Part shown: positions 1 through 12,799 of the stretch, piece by piece | Layout: each line of letters opens with the position of its first letter | How positions within the stretch are numbered: position 1 is the first letter of the stretch | Source: Laetmonice hystrix | Taxonomy: Eukaryota | Reading direction: 5' to 3' | Assembly: GCA_965235115.1 (NCBI GenBank) | Contig: OZ249445.1 | Coordinates: 6,882,001-6,946,000 of the forward strand | DNA: 64,000 bases | Translations under genes and position numbers: made by a program | Notes under the pieces: generated by a model | What the model was told of the DNA's origin: nothing | Seen by the model: only the letters and a program-made list of their open reading frames with translations | The model's database searches: none

Positions 1-2037
1 TAATTAAAATCATAATCTAAAAAGTATCCTTATTTTACATAATTGCTTACGTTAATATTGCTGGCCATATGTGGCTGTCAATCCAGGTATATCCTCAACA
101 TAATATATAACCCGTGAATATCACACCGTGTCACGGGGTGAAGGAGTTGTTCTCGGTCGTCAGGAGTTGATGAGAGAGAGCCAGGAATAGCGACACTGAG
201 AAATACCTGGTTGAGACCCGCATTGACCACGGCCACCTGCCCACGTCACGTTATTACCTGGATAGGGCACAGGTTCCCTCACCCGAGGTCGGCTGATACG
301 GCCGCCCCTGGACCGTCTTGTACCCCTGGCCGCCCCTGCTGGCCCATGGTCACACTCGGGGTGGGGGAAGTGTTAGAACACCTGACACCTGCCGAACTCA
401 CAGAGCTTCCAAATACCGCCACCTAATCAAGGCTTGATTTATGTTTTCCAGCCTTCCGTCAATAACATACTTTGACATTTCCAGACCTTGAGCCCCGATT
501 TCAACAGAAAACGTCATACATCGCCACAGTATGATGTAATTCTTTTTATAATGACAAGTAACCCACCAAGCTTTATGGTCTTCAGTTAGACATACCCGCT
601 AAAGAACCTTATATGGCCCGCTTAAAACCAACGGACAAAAAGTAAGCAGTCTTCAAACGTAAAAGTTTATTATGAACGGACTCCACAGGTCGATTGGTCG
701 AGTTTGGTCTCTCCCCAGGAGATTAAGATGTTTTAACCGAGCCAGTTATTTCTACCAGGGCCAGTTACGATAAACACACCTCCCCCCAACATTTGTCGCT
801 CACTCATCATGTTATTTACCAACACGGTGAGCCAAGGCTGGACCTATTACAACAGCGGCTCTCTACTTGTTGGAGATTGGATCGCCTCAAAAAGTCTGCA
901 CTTTGAAGGTGTTCGGCACGGGAGCCTGGCGGGACTTTGGTCGGTTCGACCAAGCAGAAGGTGTCTTGTCTATGGCACTGGCAGACATTGGACCGATGCC
1001 AGTTTGGCTTTTGTAATGATGGACAAATGGCTGGCACTTTGCTCTCCTCGTTCCTGACCCAGTCAAACACACTAAACATAGAATCGTGACGTAAGTGGAC
1101 GGCACCGTACCGCCTAGAATAGCTCCTATCAACCCCCTCTACGGCGATCGGGGAGGCTCACCTGCACTGCACGTGCTGCCCAGACTGACCTCTGACCCTT
1201 GGCCTATGACCTCACAACTTCCCAGGTGGTAGACGAGGAATGCAGTATCCATGGCAATGTGTGCGTACCTGCCTTGTGAGCGGCAGCGGATGCCTGTCAT
1301 GTAGCATACCAATATTGGCAATGTTCATAGAATACCCTACCAGGATCAGTACATATGTATCATGGAGCCATTTGTACGATCCAAACATCGGAGAAATTCC
1401 CGACATGTGTAAAATATATATGATCTGATCACCTCACACAGGTGACCCCCCCCCCCCCCACACCTGTACGGCCAAACCCCTCTCACTGCCGGTCCCAGCC
1501 TTAGAAATTTAACATTTCATTAACAAGGAGAGCTACCTGTCCCATATAAATTATACATTTGTATTCTCTCATGAATCACTAGTGTATCTCCTCAATACAA
1601 TACCAGGTGTCCCTAAACCCCACCTGTTAATAAACGTAAACCCAATGTAGTCTTAAAATACTTCACCAAAAAGATCTAAGTTCAGAAAACAACACGTAAG
1701 AGTTTTGAAACCCCCTCAGAAGTACACCTTAACACTGATTAGAATATTTGTGAGCCACCACATGTATCACTATCCTAGCTCCAGCCACTTCCACATGAAA
1801 ACCTTTCTACTAACAAATACCACTGCACTACCTTGTTTTCACCTTGGGATCCGAGTTCTATAATGGAAGTGAACTGAAGAATAGTGCCGGTTGTAGACAG
1901 CTGTTGTTTAGACCAACCAGGAGCAGCTTAGACCAACCAGGACCAGCTGTACGGGGACGCCTGAACGCCGGATGTGGGCATGCAACCCCAACAACTGCCT
2001 GTTGCCACGTTCCGGGCCAATACTTACTAAGTGTCAT

Positions 2038-2490
2038 CATTACCTGTGGACCTGTCGGCTGTAGATGTTCAGGTAAACTTTACCTGGCCAGGCCTGAGAC
2101 CCACTGCCGGCCTGGAGGCCTGAGTCACATTACCTGTGGACCTGTCGACTGTAGATGTTCAGGTCAACTTTACCTGGCCAGGCCTGAGACCCACTCCCGG
2201 CCTGGAGGCCTGAGTCACATTACCTGTGGACCTGTCGGCTGTAGATGTTCAGGTAAACTTTACCTGGCCAGGCCTGAGACCCACTGCCGGCCTGGAGGCC
2301 TGAGTCACATTACCTGTGGACCTGTCGGCTGTAGATGTTCAGGTAAACTTTACCTGGCCAGGCCTGAGACCCACTGCCGGCCTGGAGGCCTGAGTCACAT
2401 TACCTGTGGACCTGTCGGTTGTAGATCTTCAGGTAAACTTTACCTGGCCAGGCCTGAGACCCACTCCCGGCCTGGAGGCCTGAGTCACAT
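2038..2490. repeat. Tandem repeat, 90-bp unit, 5 near-identical copies
   Basis: tacctgtggacctgtcgg recurs at 2041, 2131, 2221, 2311, 2401. Confidence 0.97.
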
Positions 2491-2903
2491 AGTCTATCCA
2501 CATATCTGACTCGGTGGGACCGCTAGGATGTCGGTCGACATGAAGAAAGGTAAATTACACTTGAAAATTATTGAATTATTGGTGGTTATCGTAGTGTGAG
2601 CTGAAATTGTTCTCACTCAGTCTCAGAGGTATTCATGTTTATCGCACCTTATTAACTCAGATATATACAGCATATAATTCTCATATCAAATTGTTTTTAT
2701 CTTTTAATTGAAGCCCAAGATTTTATCAACAAACCCTTAAATAGCGTGGCGGTCGAAACTCCAGTCGATTTTTCTCTATGGTAAGATAAGATACCGAGTG
2801 AGGCTGATAAATTCCCAGGACTCCATCTCTGGCTTCAAACTTGATTGTATCACTGCATGGTGATGGGGGGCCTGATGTCTCACAGGGTCGCTTATCCGGC
2901 TTG

Positions 2904-3280
2904 CCCGACCTACACTGCCCCTCCGCCCGGCCGACCTGCCCAACAGACCTACCCGGCCCCTCCCCCAGGCCGACCTGCCCAACAGACCTACCCGGCCCTC
3001 CGCCCGGCCGACCTGCCCCACAGACCTACCCTGGCCCTCCGCCCGGCCGACCTGCCCCACAGACCTACCCTGCCCTTCCGCCCGGCCGACCTGCCCCACA
3101 GACCTACCCTGCCCCTCCGCCCGGCCGACCTACCCGACAGACCTACCCCGCCCCTCCGCCAGACCGACCTGCCCGACAGACCTACCCGGCCCCTCCCCCG
3201 GCCGACCTGCCCGACAGACCTACCCGGCCCCTCCGCCCGGCCGACCTGCCCGACCGACCTACCCGACAGACCTGCCCGAC
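2904..3280. repeat. C-rich minisatellite, about 38-39-bp unit (ccgacctgcccaacagacctacccggcccctccgcccgg), about 10 diverged copies
   Basis: Directly visible periodicity. Confidence 0.93.
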
Positions 3281-4249
3281 CCCTCCACCCGGCATGCCCG
3301 GCGCACGCAGTGCACCCCCTCAGGTTCACCGTCAGGTGTATTTTTCCTCAGGAAGCCTCATTCCTCCCCGATATTTTCCACGTCCCTGAGCCGCTCCCCT
3401 TTTTCCCCACTGAACTTCACTTGTCAAAGTAGGCTGAAGCACTCCAACTGGATTGAAATGTCATTGGGTTCATATCTTTGGGGAAGAACTATTTATAGGC
3501 TTAGAGATCCAATACAAACCAATCGTAGAAAGCACTCTGTATAGGTGATATACAGTTAACTGCTACTCACATTTATTCACATGATTTCTATTTTCTCATC
3601 AACTTTTATATAAATTTAAAGCATTTCAATTTAGAGCAGGAAACAATCTGACTGAATGACTCAAATATTGTCATTAATTCATATCTGTTTCCTTTTCAAA
3701 TGAATTCTTCACAATTCTTTGTCATTCGTGACACTTGAATCTCACGCGTCCTTTCTATCACCCTCATACTAGTAATGATCGGATAAAATCATGTATAATT
3801 TCTATCCGTGAGCAATGACAAATGGACAGAACGTGTGTCAGTACTCAAGGAGGACATATCTCCGTATGAAGACTGTGAAATCAAATCATGATGAAGTTCT
3901 GTCCACCAGATATTTGAGAGATTGTATCTCATATCGCTGCCACTAGATGGGACTGCGCTCTGCCTCCCATTCCGGACGTCGTGAGCAGCACAGAATCACC
4001 ATACCACACAGGAGCACCATACCACACCTCACTCAGCCAGTCATGGGGGTTCTTCACGCACACATAATATCACGGGGCACGATTTTCATAATGCATCATA
4101 ATAATCTTTCTTTTTTTTATTCTCCAGATGAAGACGTAAGTGCATAATGAACGTTTCGTGTGATCACATGCCTCTGTGGTGAGCGTGTTATTTCAGACTG
4201 GAACGTGTACCAAAAACACTGCCACCAGAAATAGCTGGAAACAATACCT

Positions 4250-6200
4250 TGCCTTCAATCTGGTAATGGCGTTATAAATCAAAGTAAAACATGGAGTTTT
4301 GTCGCCGGGTAGTCAGGACATCCGTGGACGAATGCGATTGCTGAGAGCCCAGCCTAGAAATATGACTGCATTGTTCTCAGTGGGTCGTACAGGACTGGCC
4401 AATATGTAGCCCTGTGGGGGCCCAGCCGACTTTTACGTTCTTCAAGGTTATTAAGATGTCCACTAAGATGTTGACTTACTGTCAGATGGTGATGATTAAC
4501 TTACCGTACTCAGTACATGTACCAGGTTATCATCTGATTGCACAATGGCCCATCAACCACGGCCCTGTTTGTAAGAACTAGCGATACGGGGACCAAAACT
4601 AGAACTATGGCAGACGTACGTATCGATATTTTCTTTTACAAAATCTCTGTTTACTTGTACAAAGCGAAGATAATCACGAGAAAATAATCTACCCTTGTCC
4701 AAAGAATTATCAGATCCACACCACACCTAACCGCCCTCAATGACACTGAGTGTTGGGTTTAACGACACTGAAGGCATGAAGACTGCACAGAATTACATGA
4801 CTACGCCGGCGGGAACATATACGGCCATGTCCTTGGGCTGATCCTTGCCACTCACACACAGAACGTGAACTTGATAGGATTCCGTTACCCCCCAGTTTGA
4901 CATTAATACCCGACCCTCACAACCCTGCCTCCAGTCTATTACCCTCAACCCGACTTTCTCCTGGATGGATGACATGGGAAATGCTTCTAGCCACGTCCAG
5001 GGAATTAACATTGTTACTTCTCAGACTTGTCCTTCACAAGGCACGGTTTAGGCAGCCCGGATGACGTGGATACAGATGACTAGACCCATGGAGCAGACCA
5101 TGTTTGTTCAGATTGGTGAGTAACTATTGTCTGCTTGATGGACTCCGGTTCATTACAGTGCCTGCCTCCAGTGGGGCGACCTTTGATTTGTTGGTGTCCA
5201 CAGTTTGACCGGCCACTGACAGAGCAGCGTCAGTTGGGTGGTACAATCCCGGTCAGGAAGCTCTTAGGGCCATTGCCTGACCGTCAGTCGCTGCCCCCGG
5301 GCCCTCCTCTCTTGCTAACAATCGATGCATGAATATTACACCACAAAACACACCCAGCACCATTACCGCCCTCTGGTGGCAATCAACAGCCACCAGCACC
5401 AATCAGGGCTGTCTTTGCTACAGCAGGAATTGTCTCCAAGTCGATGGCACTGAACGCGCCGTTCTGGGTCAAGAACTAGTTTAGGAGGCTGGGGTGATCT
5501 GGTCAAGAGCAGCAAGATGACCATGACGAACCAGAGTTGGCCTTGAGAACTAACTTACCATGCACACTCCCGCCCCAACTACTGACACTTCAGTGCTCAG
5601 GGCACAATACTCGTGTCATGTCTGATTGGACAGCTTCCTGTACAAGGTCCGAAACAAATTGGGGCTTTGGTCTGATTGGACATCAGTTTCTGTGTAGGGA
5701 CGCCAAGGTAGAGAAAAGGATTAGGATAAGAAATCCGTCATATGCTTTCATCTTAGAAGGCCATCAGCTGAGGAACGCTGGTTTTCTACCCGCCCAGCAA
5801 GGTCAGAACTAGGTGGGGAAGCACACAACATTTTTCCTAGCACAGCCATGTCAACCTCATTCTCCTCAACAGAGGCAATTTTACGGCAGATTGCCACGGA
5901 CATTCCTATGAATATTAAAGGATAAATAGCAGAGAATAATAATGTATTGAGATAGAAGGAATGCAGGGTAAGAAGAAAGAAATAGGACTCGTGCTCTCTT
6001 GTGTCCGTTTCAGAAGGTCCTTCCCAACCAGCAGGTATGGATTTCCTGACACCAGGCTTCAGGCAAACAGCCCCATAAAATGGACCAATCAGACCTGTCC
6101 GTTTTATTCGCTGCCGTAAAGCAGTCCATCCTGTGGGGTCCATATTGTGAGGCTAGCGTCCAGGGCTCCATGTGACCTCGGCTACATATGTCCCGGACCA
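4250..6200 (-). mobile_element. Decayed DIRS/Ngaro retrotransposon (RT to YR)
   Basis: Minus strand: TGLIGPF (cf. GRIAGPF), LLG, YDGFLI at 5726-5743 (cf. YLDDFL), LGVP at 5694-5707, and a YR-like CPVSL...DGPL near 4550-4610. Confidence 0.5.
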
Positions 6201-6449
6201 TTACCGTACAGCCAGCCGTACACCAACCCGGGATCTGACAGAGAAATTATTGGACAGCAGACTCTTCCACAGACTCTATACAATCGTGGAGTTCTCACAG
6301 AAATCTTCCCAACGTCTCATCCGTGCGTCTATAACAAATACCGTGCCTCTCCGGAGGGTTAGCCAAGGATGGGTAGTCGTAATACTTCTACCTTTCTGAG
6401 CTCTCCCCCAGCCCGAGCGAGAACTGAGGGATACTAGAGCATGTGGATG

Positions 6450-7700
6450 AGTACTTCTTTATGGCGGTACCACAACAGTAACCTTTCCAATATTACTCCA
6501 CTAAATGCCATCTGTACACATAGGAGGCTTCACCATGATGCAGATTATGGCGGGTTCTTAAGTTGGACGACATTAAAAGATAATTGGCGATTGTGGTTCC
6601 AAATACTGACATGTTTCTCAATCATTCTAACTGCTATCTCGGAGATCATCACTGCCTGCTGCCCTTGCCCATAACAAAAACAGAGGAGTAGGAATGTGTC
6701 AAACCAGAGTGACTTCAGGTCAAACAAGGGCATTTCTAATTTGTATTAAGGAGGTGAAAGAAACGCCAGTCGATTTATAGGGTTGGCGCCCTTGGAGCTG
6801 GTATCCAATATGTTTATGACGATGTTTTATTTAGTTTCTTTCCGCCATCCACTCAGAATCAATAGTCAATTTCCAAAGCAATAGCTGCAAAAGATCTGGC
6901 TCATTAATCACAGCGCCTCAGACGATGAGACAATATCTTGAGCCAGCAACATGAGAAGTTTGACGCCGACTTGACCATTACCTTTGCAGCTCGAATACCG
7001 ATCTCCTTCACACATCTCCAATCAATACTGTGGGTGTGCGAGCCGATGGTGGGCTGTGAGAATAGCCGTGTTGGTCAGTGTAACCAGCTCATCTGTAGGT
7101 GGGTGGGTCTCTAGTCCAATCAATCAGTGGGTCCCGACTTACAAACACAGATATCATGTCAATCTTCTACTCTCACATCGTCTCGCATACATCAGATGAT
7201 GAATTGAGGTTGGGAGAGGAGGGGAAAGGTTGGGTTGTTTGTCGCCTTGTAAACGACCTGAGAGGAGAGATCTACGTTTATACAACATGCGAGCGCGGAT
7301 TTAGTCGGATTATTGGCATCAAAATCAGAGGAACTTTCACATCTAACTTTGTCAAGTTATTCTACGTATATTGATATCGTCAATACCAATAAAAACTACC
7401 ATGTATTCACATGAAACATGAAGCCAATTAAATCTAGATACAGCGAGCATTGAACACCAGATCTGGGTCTGAGGGGACTCGACTGCCATCAAATCTACCT
7501 GCTATACTTTCTCTTCATTCTATAAATCTAGATGAGAAATGCGTGATCGTGTTGTCTGCAGGCACAATCCTATCTAATTCTGGTCCTTTCAAAACCAAAT
7601 TTTCCCTCACATCCAAAGCTCGATATAAATCCCTAGCGGGAAGTTAAATAAGAATATCAAATTTAGCAGCTGAAAAACGTCACATAACCTGGCCAGGTCT
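6450..7700 (-). mobile_element. Decayed LINE (CR1/L2-like) ORF2 reverse transcriptase
   Basis: Minus strand, in the expected order: RDLYRALD linker, QVGVKLLM..AQDIVS (cf. QVDxxLLDFxKAFDxV), PLFLL...SDD, IWNHNRQLSFNV (cf. WxxxWxLxFN). Confidence 0.4.
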
Positions 7701-8399
7701 GGCAGGCATCAGAACAGAACAGAAGGTTGGGAGGGCCACGCGGGACCCAAACGAACAGATGAAAAGCTCTTGAACTGCCGTGTGAAGCTTTACTTGGTGA
7801 AAGGCGGTCGATGGGGCGCAGGGCTGAGAGCGATCCTCACTGCCAGGAAGGAAGATCCAATTGAAACCCAGCTGATCCACTCTCCCATACTCGTCGCTGT
7901 CTTCTAATTGATCCGATCCATTTGATGATAGCGCCAATCCCCGCCCGCTGCAACCACCTCCATCTCGTCCCCCCAGCCCCCCCCCCCACTGTTTTTTTTT
8001 CATTGGTAGTCCGTTTAATTGGGACCCTTGCCTTGACAGACCCCCCTCAGATCCCAGACGCTAGAGTCAAACCTAGCAAACAGTTCAAAGCTATAAGAGA
8101 GACCCGGGGCTGTTGGAACCAGCATTGATCCTCAAGCCGTCCGACTTCTCGTTGGTAGAACCGTCACAGTGAATCCTAACCCAGCAGCCTTCTGACGATC
8201 ATTAGCCCGTTTAATTGCTGCTCTAATTCCCACCCAGGCTTCCCAATAAAAACTACAAAGGTTTTATATTTTTGATCAATTCTGATTACTTTTTCCCCCC
8301 ACAAGACTTCATAGATTATTCACAAAGACGAGGGACTTACTTATATGCTGTGACGTCTTACCACCAGTACGTCTAGCTGTCGCTAGGATTAGGCCCATG

Positions 8400-9100
8400 A
8401 TATCTGTGAAGTCTTTGGTGTATAGATTGCTAGGCTCATATTGCGAAAATCGATCAACTAACCAAGAAAGTAATCAGCAACGCCGCGAGCTGGGTCATTA
8501 AACTTCTTCTATCGAACTTTCTCAGAGATTGTAGGCGTCACAACGTGGCAGACTCTCTGAAATGGCGGTTGTCATAACATTTAACGCTTTGTCTGTGTTT
8601 GCCGTAAACGTCGGAATACCGTTCATGTTTTCTTCTGGTATATGGACCTCAATCTTGGCCTCCTTATGATACCTATCGTAAACTCCATCAAATCACGCAA
8701 GTTCATTCAGTTGCCGATCGACCGCATTTAAAATGTGGTCGATTTATTAAATGTTTGTTTTTGGAGCCTTGCCCAACGGTGAAATAAGTGGTAAGGTTCA
8801 GTCTGTTTTCAGTACAAACTTTGGATCAATATTTGGACAAGATCCATTGCGACCAGTACACAGTCAGGGTCAAAATCTCATTATTGTGGCATGCACAAAA
8901 CTGACCAATTACCTTAATGGGCAATAACATTGGCCAGTACATTCTTGGACATCCACTAAATTCAGCCAAGTGGTGACACTACTAATGAATCTGGTCTGTT
9001 CATGTGTGGAAGGTCTATCAAATATGCCTGGGATTTCTACACTCCCGATTCTGTCACGTCACAATAACCTTGTATAAAGACAAAGGCATACATTCCAGCA
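8400..9100 (-). mobile_element. Possible decayed LINE RT fragment
   Basis: Minus strand VLVAMDL and VGQGS (cf. GVPQGS); weak. Confidence 0.25.
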
Positions 9101-10079
9101 CATTGATAAATATCCAGTGGTCGAATTGAATAATGCGAGTTTATCATCCACCTGCTAAAGGACACTTTGATGATACATCTAGCGGTGAAAGGTTAAGTTA
9201 TTCTTGGAGCAGCCAATAGCAGAGGACATAGCAGCTGCTCTTTTTCCGTCGAGGAGAGAGGAGCGGAGAAGAGAGATCCAGTGGTGGTCTCTCTGCCACC
9301 AGCCGTGCCAGTTCCCGCCAAGAGAAGCGTTCCGACATGAGAGCGACATCTGCCTCTGTACACATAGTCCAAGTACTCAGTAATAGCAAGGCGGCCCTAA
9401 TTGGTGCGGCAATACCACCTTCCCTACTCGCCTACCAGGGAATGAACTCTTTGTACGAAACCAATTCAAATTTAACATTCGGGGTGCGGGTTGGTGATAG
9501 ATATTTGTATGTATAAGTTATTCCTCTCTGGTTTTCTATCTAGTGGTGCAGACATATATATATAGAGAACTGACTCAGGGTGAAGATTGATATATTTGAA
9601 GGAAAACAAAATTACCAAATATCGGCGGAGCAATATTTGCACCTAGCATCGAGTATTGCGGTTCTCGCGGTTCGTTTATATTCAACATTCTCAAAATCCA
9701 TAGATTCCGTAATGTTCCCTTTTATACGGTGTTATGATATCTAGGTTCTATAACTATATCACACTGCCTGCCTCATGTTCACTAAAGAAAATCTATGACC
9801 TGGGTTTTCTAACAAAGCCCAGAGAATACGTTGCGGCTTAATGTTACTTTCAATGAAAAGTACAAAAAGTAGTCCGTATTTCTCCTGAGACTGTGAAAAC
9901 GTCTCCCAGGTTGTGTTGGTAGCTTTCTTGACGTATCAGTTTCTTCTATATTCTATCCATAAATACAATCAATCAAGTTGCATGACTAGGCTCAACTTCC
10001 CCCCGCTCAATACCCCTTGAGGTGAAACTGTGAATGACAATGCCTCCTCCGAAATGTTCTATAGTCTCGGAGACCATGG

Positions 10080-10385
10080 CCGGTTCGGTTAGTGTAGCCT
10101 GTAGTGGTTGGCGGCTCGGACCACGTCCAGCCCGCCCCTAACATGGCGTGGCCGGTAGGCGGCGCGACCAGCCGTCCACCGACTCGTGTCCACTCAACTC
10201 TCCCGAGGCTCACGTGCTTCAATCACTGCCAACCAATCACATTATCCAATGCCGGACTCACATAGCTCAGAGCGGGCGCGGGTCGCCTCGCCGGCCTTCC
10301 AATGGAACCTCGAGCCCCGGGTCTGGGCGGCCGGCTACGGTAACAAATCACGCTGCCTCTAATCCACTTGTGTACTACAAGTAAG
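10080..10385. promoter_or_regulatory. CpG-rich promoter-like segment (GC box, AACATGGCG, CACGTG, three CCAAT boxes, followed by a possible donor CAA|gtaaga)
   Basis: CCAAT at 10233, 10246, 10299; cccgccc near 10131; aacatggcg near 10140; cacgtg near 10211; high CpG density. Function not demonstrated. Confidence 0.3.
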
Positions 10386-10671
10386 AAAACTCAACTGAGG
10401 GACAGCACACTGACGATGAGTAATTCTCTCATGGTGCGGCCCCATGTCCACCTTTTATAACTCCGTAATTCGCCCTACCATACTTTGTCTCATCTCAGGT
10501 ACTAACGATGTGTTTTTCTCATCTTCTCCCAAGTATGAATTCGTATAAAATACCCATAAAAAGTAACCGTCTGGTGTCAGGGTGCCACACCCACCGACGT
10601 GTTATTGACATCTCGGGTAATTTGCCCTCCCTCTATTTTCCACCAAACCCCAAGAGATTCATTGAGGTTCT

Positions 10672-11235
10672 CAGTTCCATTCCGATGCCCAAGTCTAGAG
10701 GGACTCGCTGAAAACTTTTAGATTAAGTACCAATGATTTATCAATGTTACAGTGGACACTAGTTCCCCCAGTGTCAGTGACCTAGCTATGGTCGTGCACA
10801 AGGACAATGACAGTTTGAACATTTTTATCCAAAGAAATACCCGACTATAATGATGTATCCAGAAAAGAAACCTGTGAGGTTGGAAGGAAGGAAATTCACC
10901 CAGTTTCTCCAGCTCAACCCATTCCGATGCCCAAGTCTGGAGGGACTCGCTGAACACTTTTGGACTAAGTACCACTGATTTATAAATTATGTTACTGTCT
11001 TTGAGGTAAGAATTACCTCCACAGTACAGTGGACACTAGTGCCAGCGACCTAGCTATGGTCGTGTGCCTTTTAACTCTCCCCTATATCATATCAATGACA
11101 ATTTGAACATTTTAATCCACAGAAGTACCTGACTATGATAATGATTTTTATCACTTGTATCCAAAAAAGTCAACCCACCTACCTTTGTGAGATAGAAAGA
11201 AAGGAAATTCACCCAGTTTCCCCAGCACAACCCTC
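10672..11235. repeat. Diverged tandem duplication, two copies (about 245 bp and about 320 bp)
   Basis: attccgatgcccaagtct..agggactcgctgaa, acagtggacactagt, gacctagctatggtcgtg, tttgaacatttt and aaggaaattcacccagttt each occur twice in the same order. Confidence 0.85.
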
Positions 11236-11949
11236 TCAGATAACCATTGATTGCACAGGCTAATTTTCCACCAGGCCGCTTTGATTCCGGGGTAAATGTT
11301 ATCATTGCGATCAGATCCTGGTAATTCTGCGGCGGCCTCTGTGAGTGACATATAGTGTCCTGAGGATGAAAATCTCTCAGATGTTGGCAAATCAACTTAC
11401 GATCGTGACATCGGTCGATTTCTTTGTAATCAATCACCTGAGGAAGAACTAGTCGACAGCGCCCCTAGCGGCAGGCGGAGAGTGGACATGGATCTCGGAG
11501 TACTTCGATCTGCACGTTATGTTACTGGTAGATGTCAACGTTATTAACAAGTCGCACATACACGGCAGGAAATCAAATATACACATGTTACACATAAAAT
11601 AAAACCTAAACTATCTTGGTTACACAGACTCCATATGTACGATTCGCTATTCTTCAATGGGGGACCGCTAGTAATGCTTACTCTATTACCATGCAGCCCG
11701 TATGTCTAGTCGAACGCTGATTGGTGGATATAAAGATTATTCCTAGATGTGGGTGGTGGCGACCAGATCTAGGTTATAGAGTCTATATCTTTAATCCATT
11801 CTGTAGTGTGTGTCATTTATTGAAACCCATTCCTGCTCATAAAGAGAGAAAATGTTTATTATATAAAAGAACAACTCGCACTTATTAACCCATTAGCTCA
11901 GGCCAATCAAGTATGCAAACACTCATCATCGTATTTCTATTTTTTTAAA

Positions 11950-12300
11950 CCAAGGCGATCAACAAGACGAGACATATTATCTTATATTTTTTAGACCAAG
12001 AGCAGTAAGGCATGAAACATATTGCATGTTGTGCTTGTCGTGGGCTGACAAAGAATGTTTGATAAAAGAAATCACTGCCAGAAATAGCAGTATACACTTA
12101 TCTGAGGCAGCCAGACCTATTCCACCCATAGCTAGACTGGCTTCCAATGTTACAACTATAGATTATACCGTGTTTTACAAACCCTGTCTCTCGGACTTGT
12201 TTCACAACATGTCACAAATCTTGGGAACTTGATGAGATACTTGGGCTGTTGGTCCGCTTATATATTTTTCCCAGCCTCTCCCAACAAGAGACCAACCTAT
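11950..12300 (-). mobile_element. Possible CRE-like (RLE-class) non-LTR retrotransposon fragment
   Basis: Minus strand PKICDML..SP then EASLAMGGIGLAASDKCILLFLAVIS (12050-12150), resembling the post-RT WxQAxLPxxxGGLG..AFLAS block. Confidence 0.35.
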
Positions 12301-12799
12301 TCAAAGAATATGGAATATTTACTCCATTTCTAAGTGATGTTCAGAAAGTTTGTTTCATAATCGATGTTCTATTAACTTACAAGGGGTAATTTGGTACTTT
12401 CAGTTTCGAAATATACCGTGATATAAACCAGCTAACGAAGTACCGGGATCGAAAGGTCATGAGTGGTTCCCGGAATAGATATATACCCCACACACCCCTA
12501 TCTATCCCGGGGGGGGGGGAGGGGGGATCCCCCCTCACCACGCCATCCCCCACCACATCCTGGAGGTGTGCGACAGTTTTCAAAATAAACTTGGTACCGG
12601 CGTCAGCGGCGGGCAATGCCCGTCACATGGTGGACGTGTTGACGGTACGTCCTAAACGTGTAACCTGATCGTTACCTTACACTGAGTCAGGAAATAGTGA
12701 ATGCGCTCTCACAGGTAGCACTGCACCTTTAGCGCCCTGGGTCGGCCATTAACCCAAATAGGTACGTATATCTAGATCCTTTAGCTTTGTCCTCAATAT

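Larger units (their letters stand above)
60..3450 (-). mobile_element. Decayed DIRS/Ngaro tyrosine-recombinase retrotransposon (RT-RNaseH-YR order), interrupted by two minisatellites
   Basis: Minus-strand broken frames: RT start PGEF..LSYP-like near 2780-2830; RNase H AEHLQSADFLRR (about 883-918, cf. AxHIPGxxNxxADxLSR); YR LLFVRWF, TIK, LCEF, YKTVQGR..LCPIQ (cf. SKTDQxG..LCPV). Read by eye. Confidence 0.5.

Noticed and set aside
2776-3432. Pro-rich ORFs resembling extensin or collagen-like proteins
   Set aside because: They arise from the C-rich minisatellite; no splice or start context.
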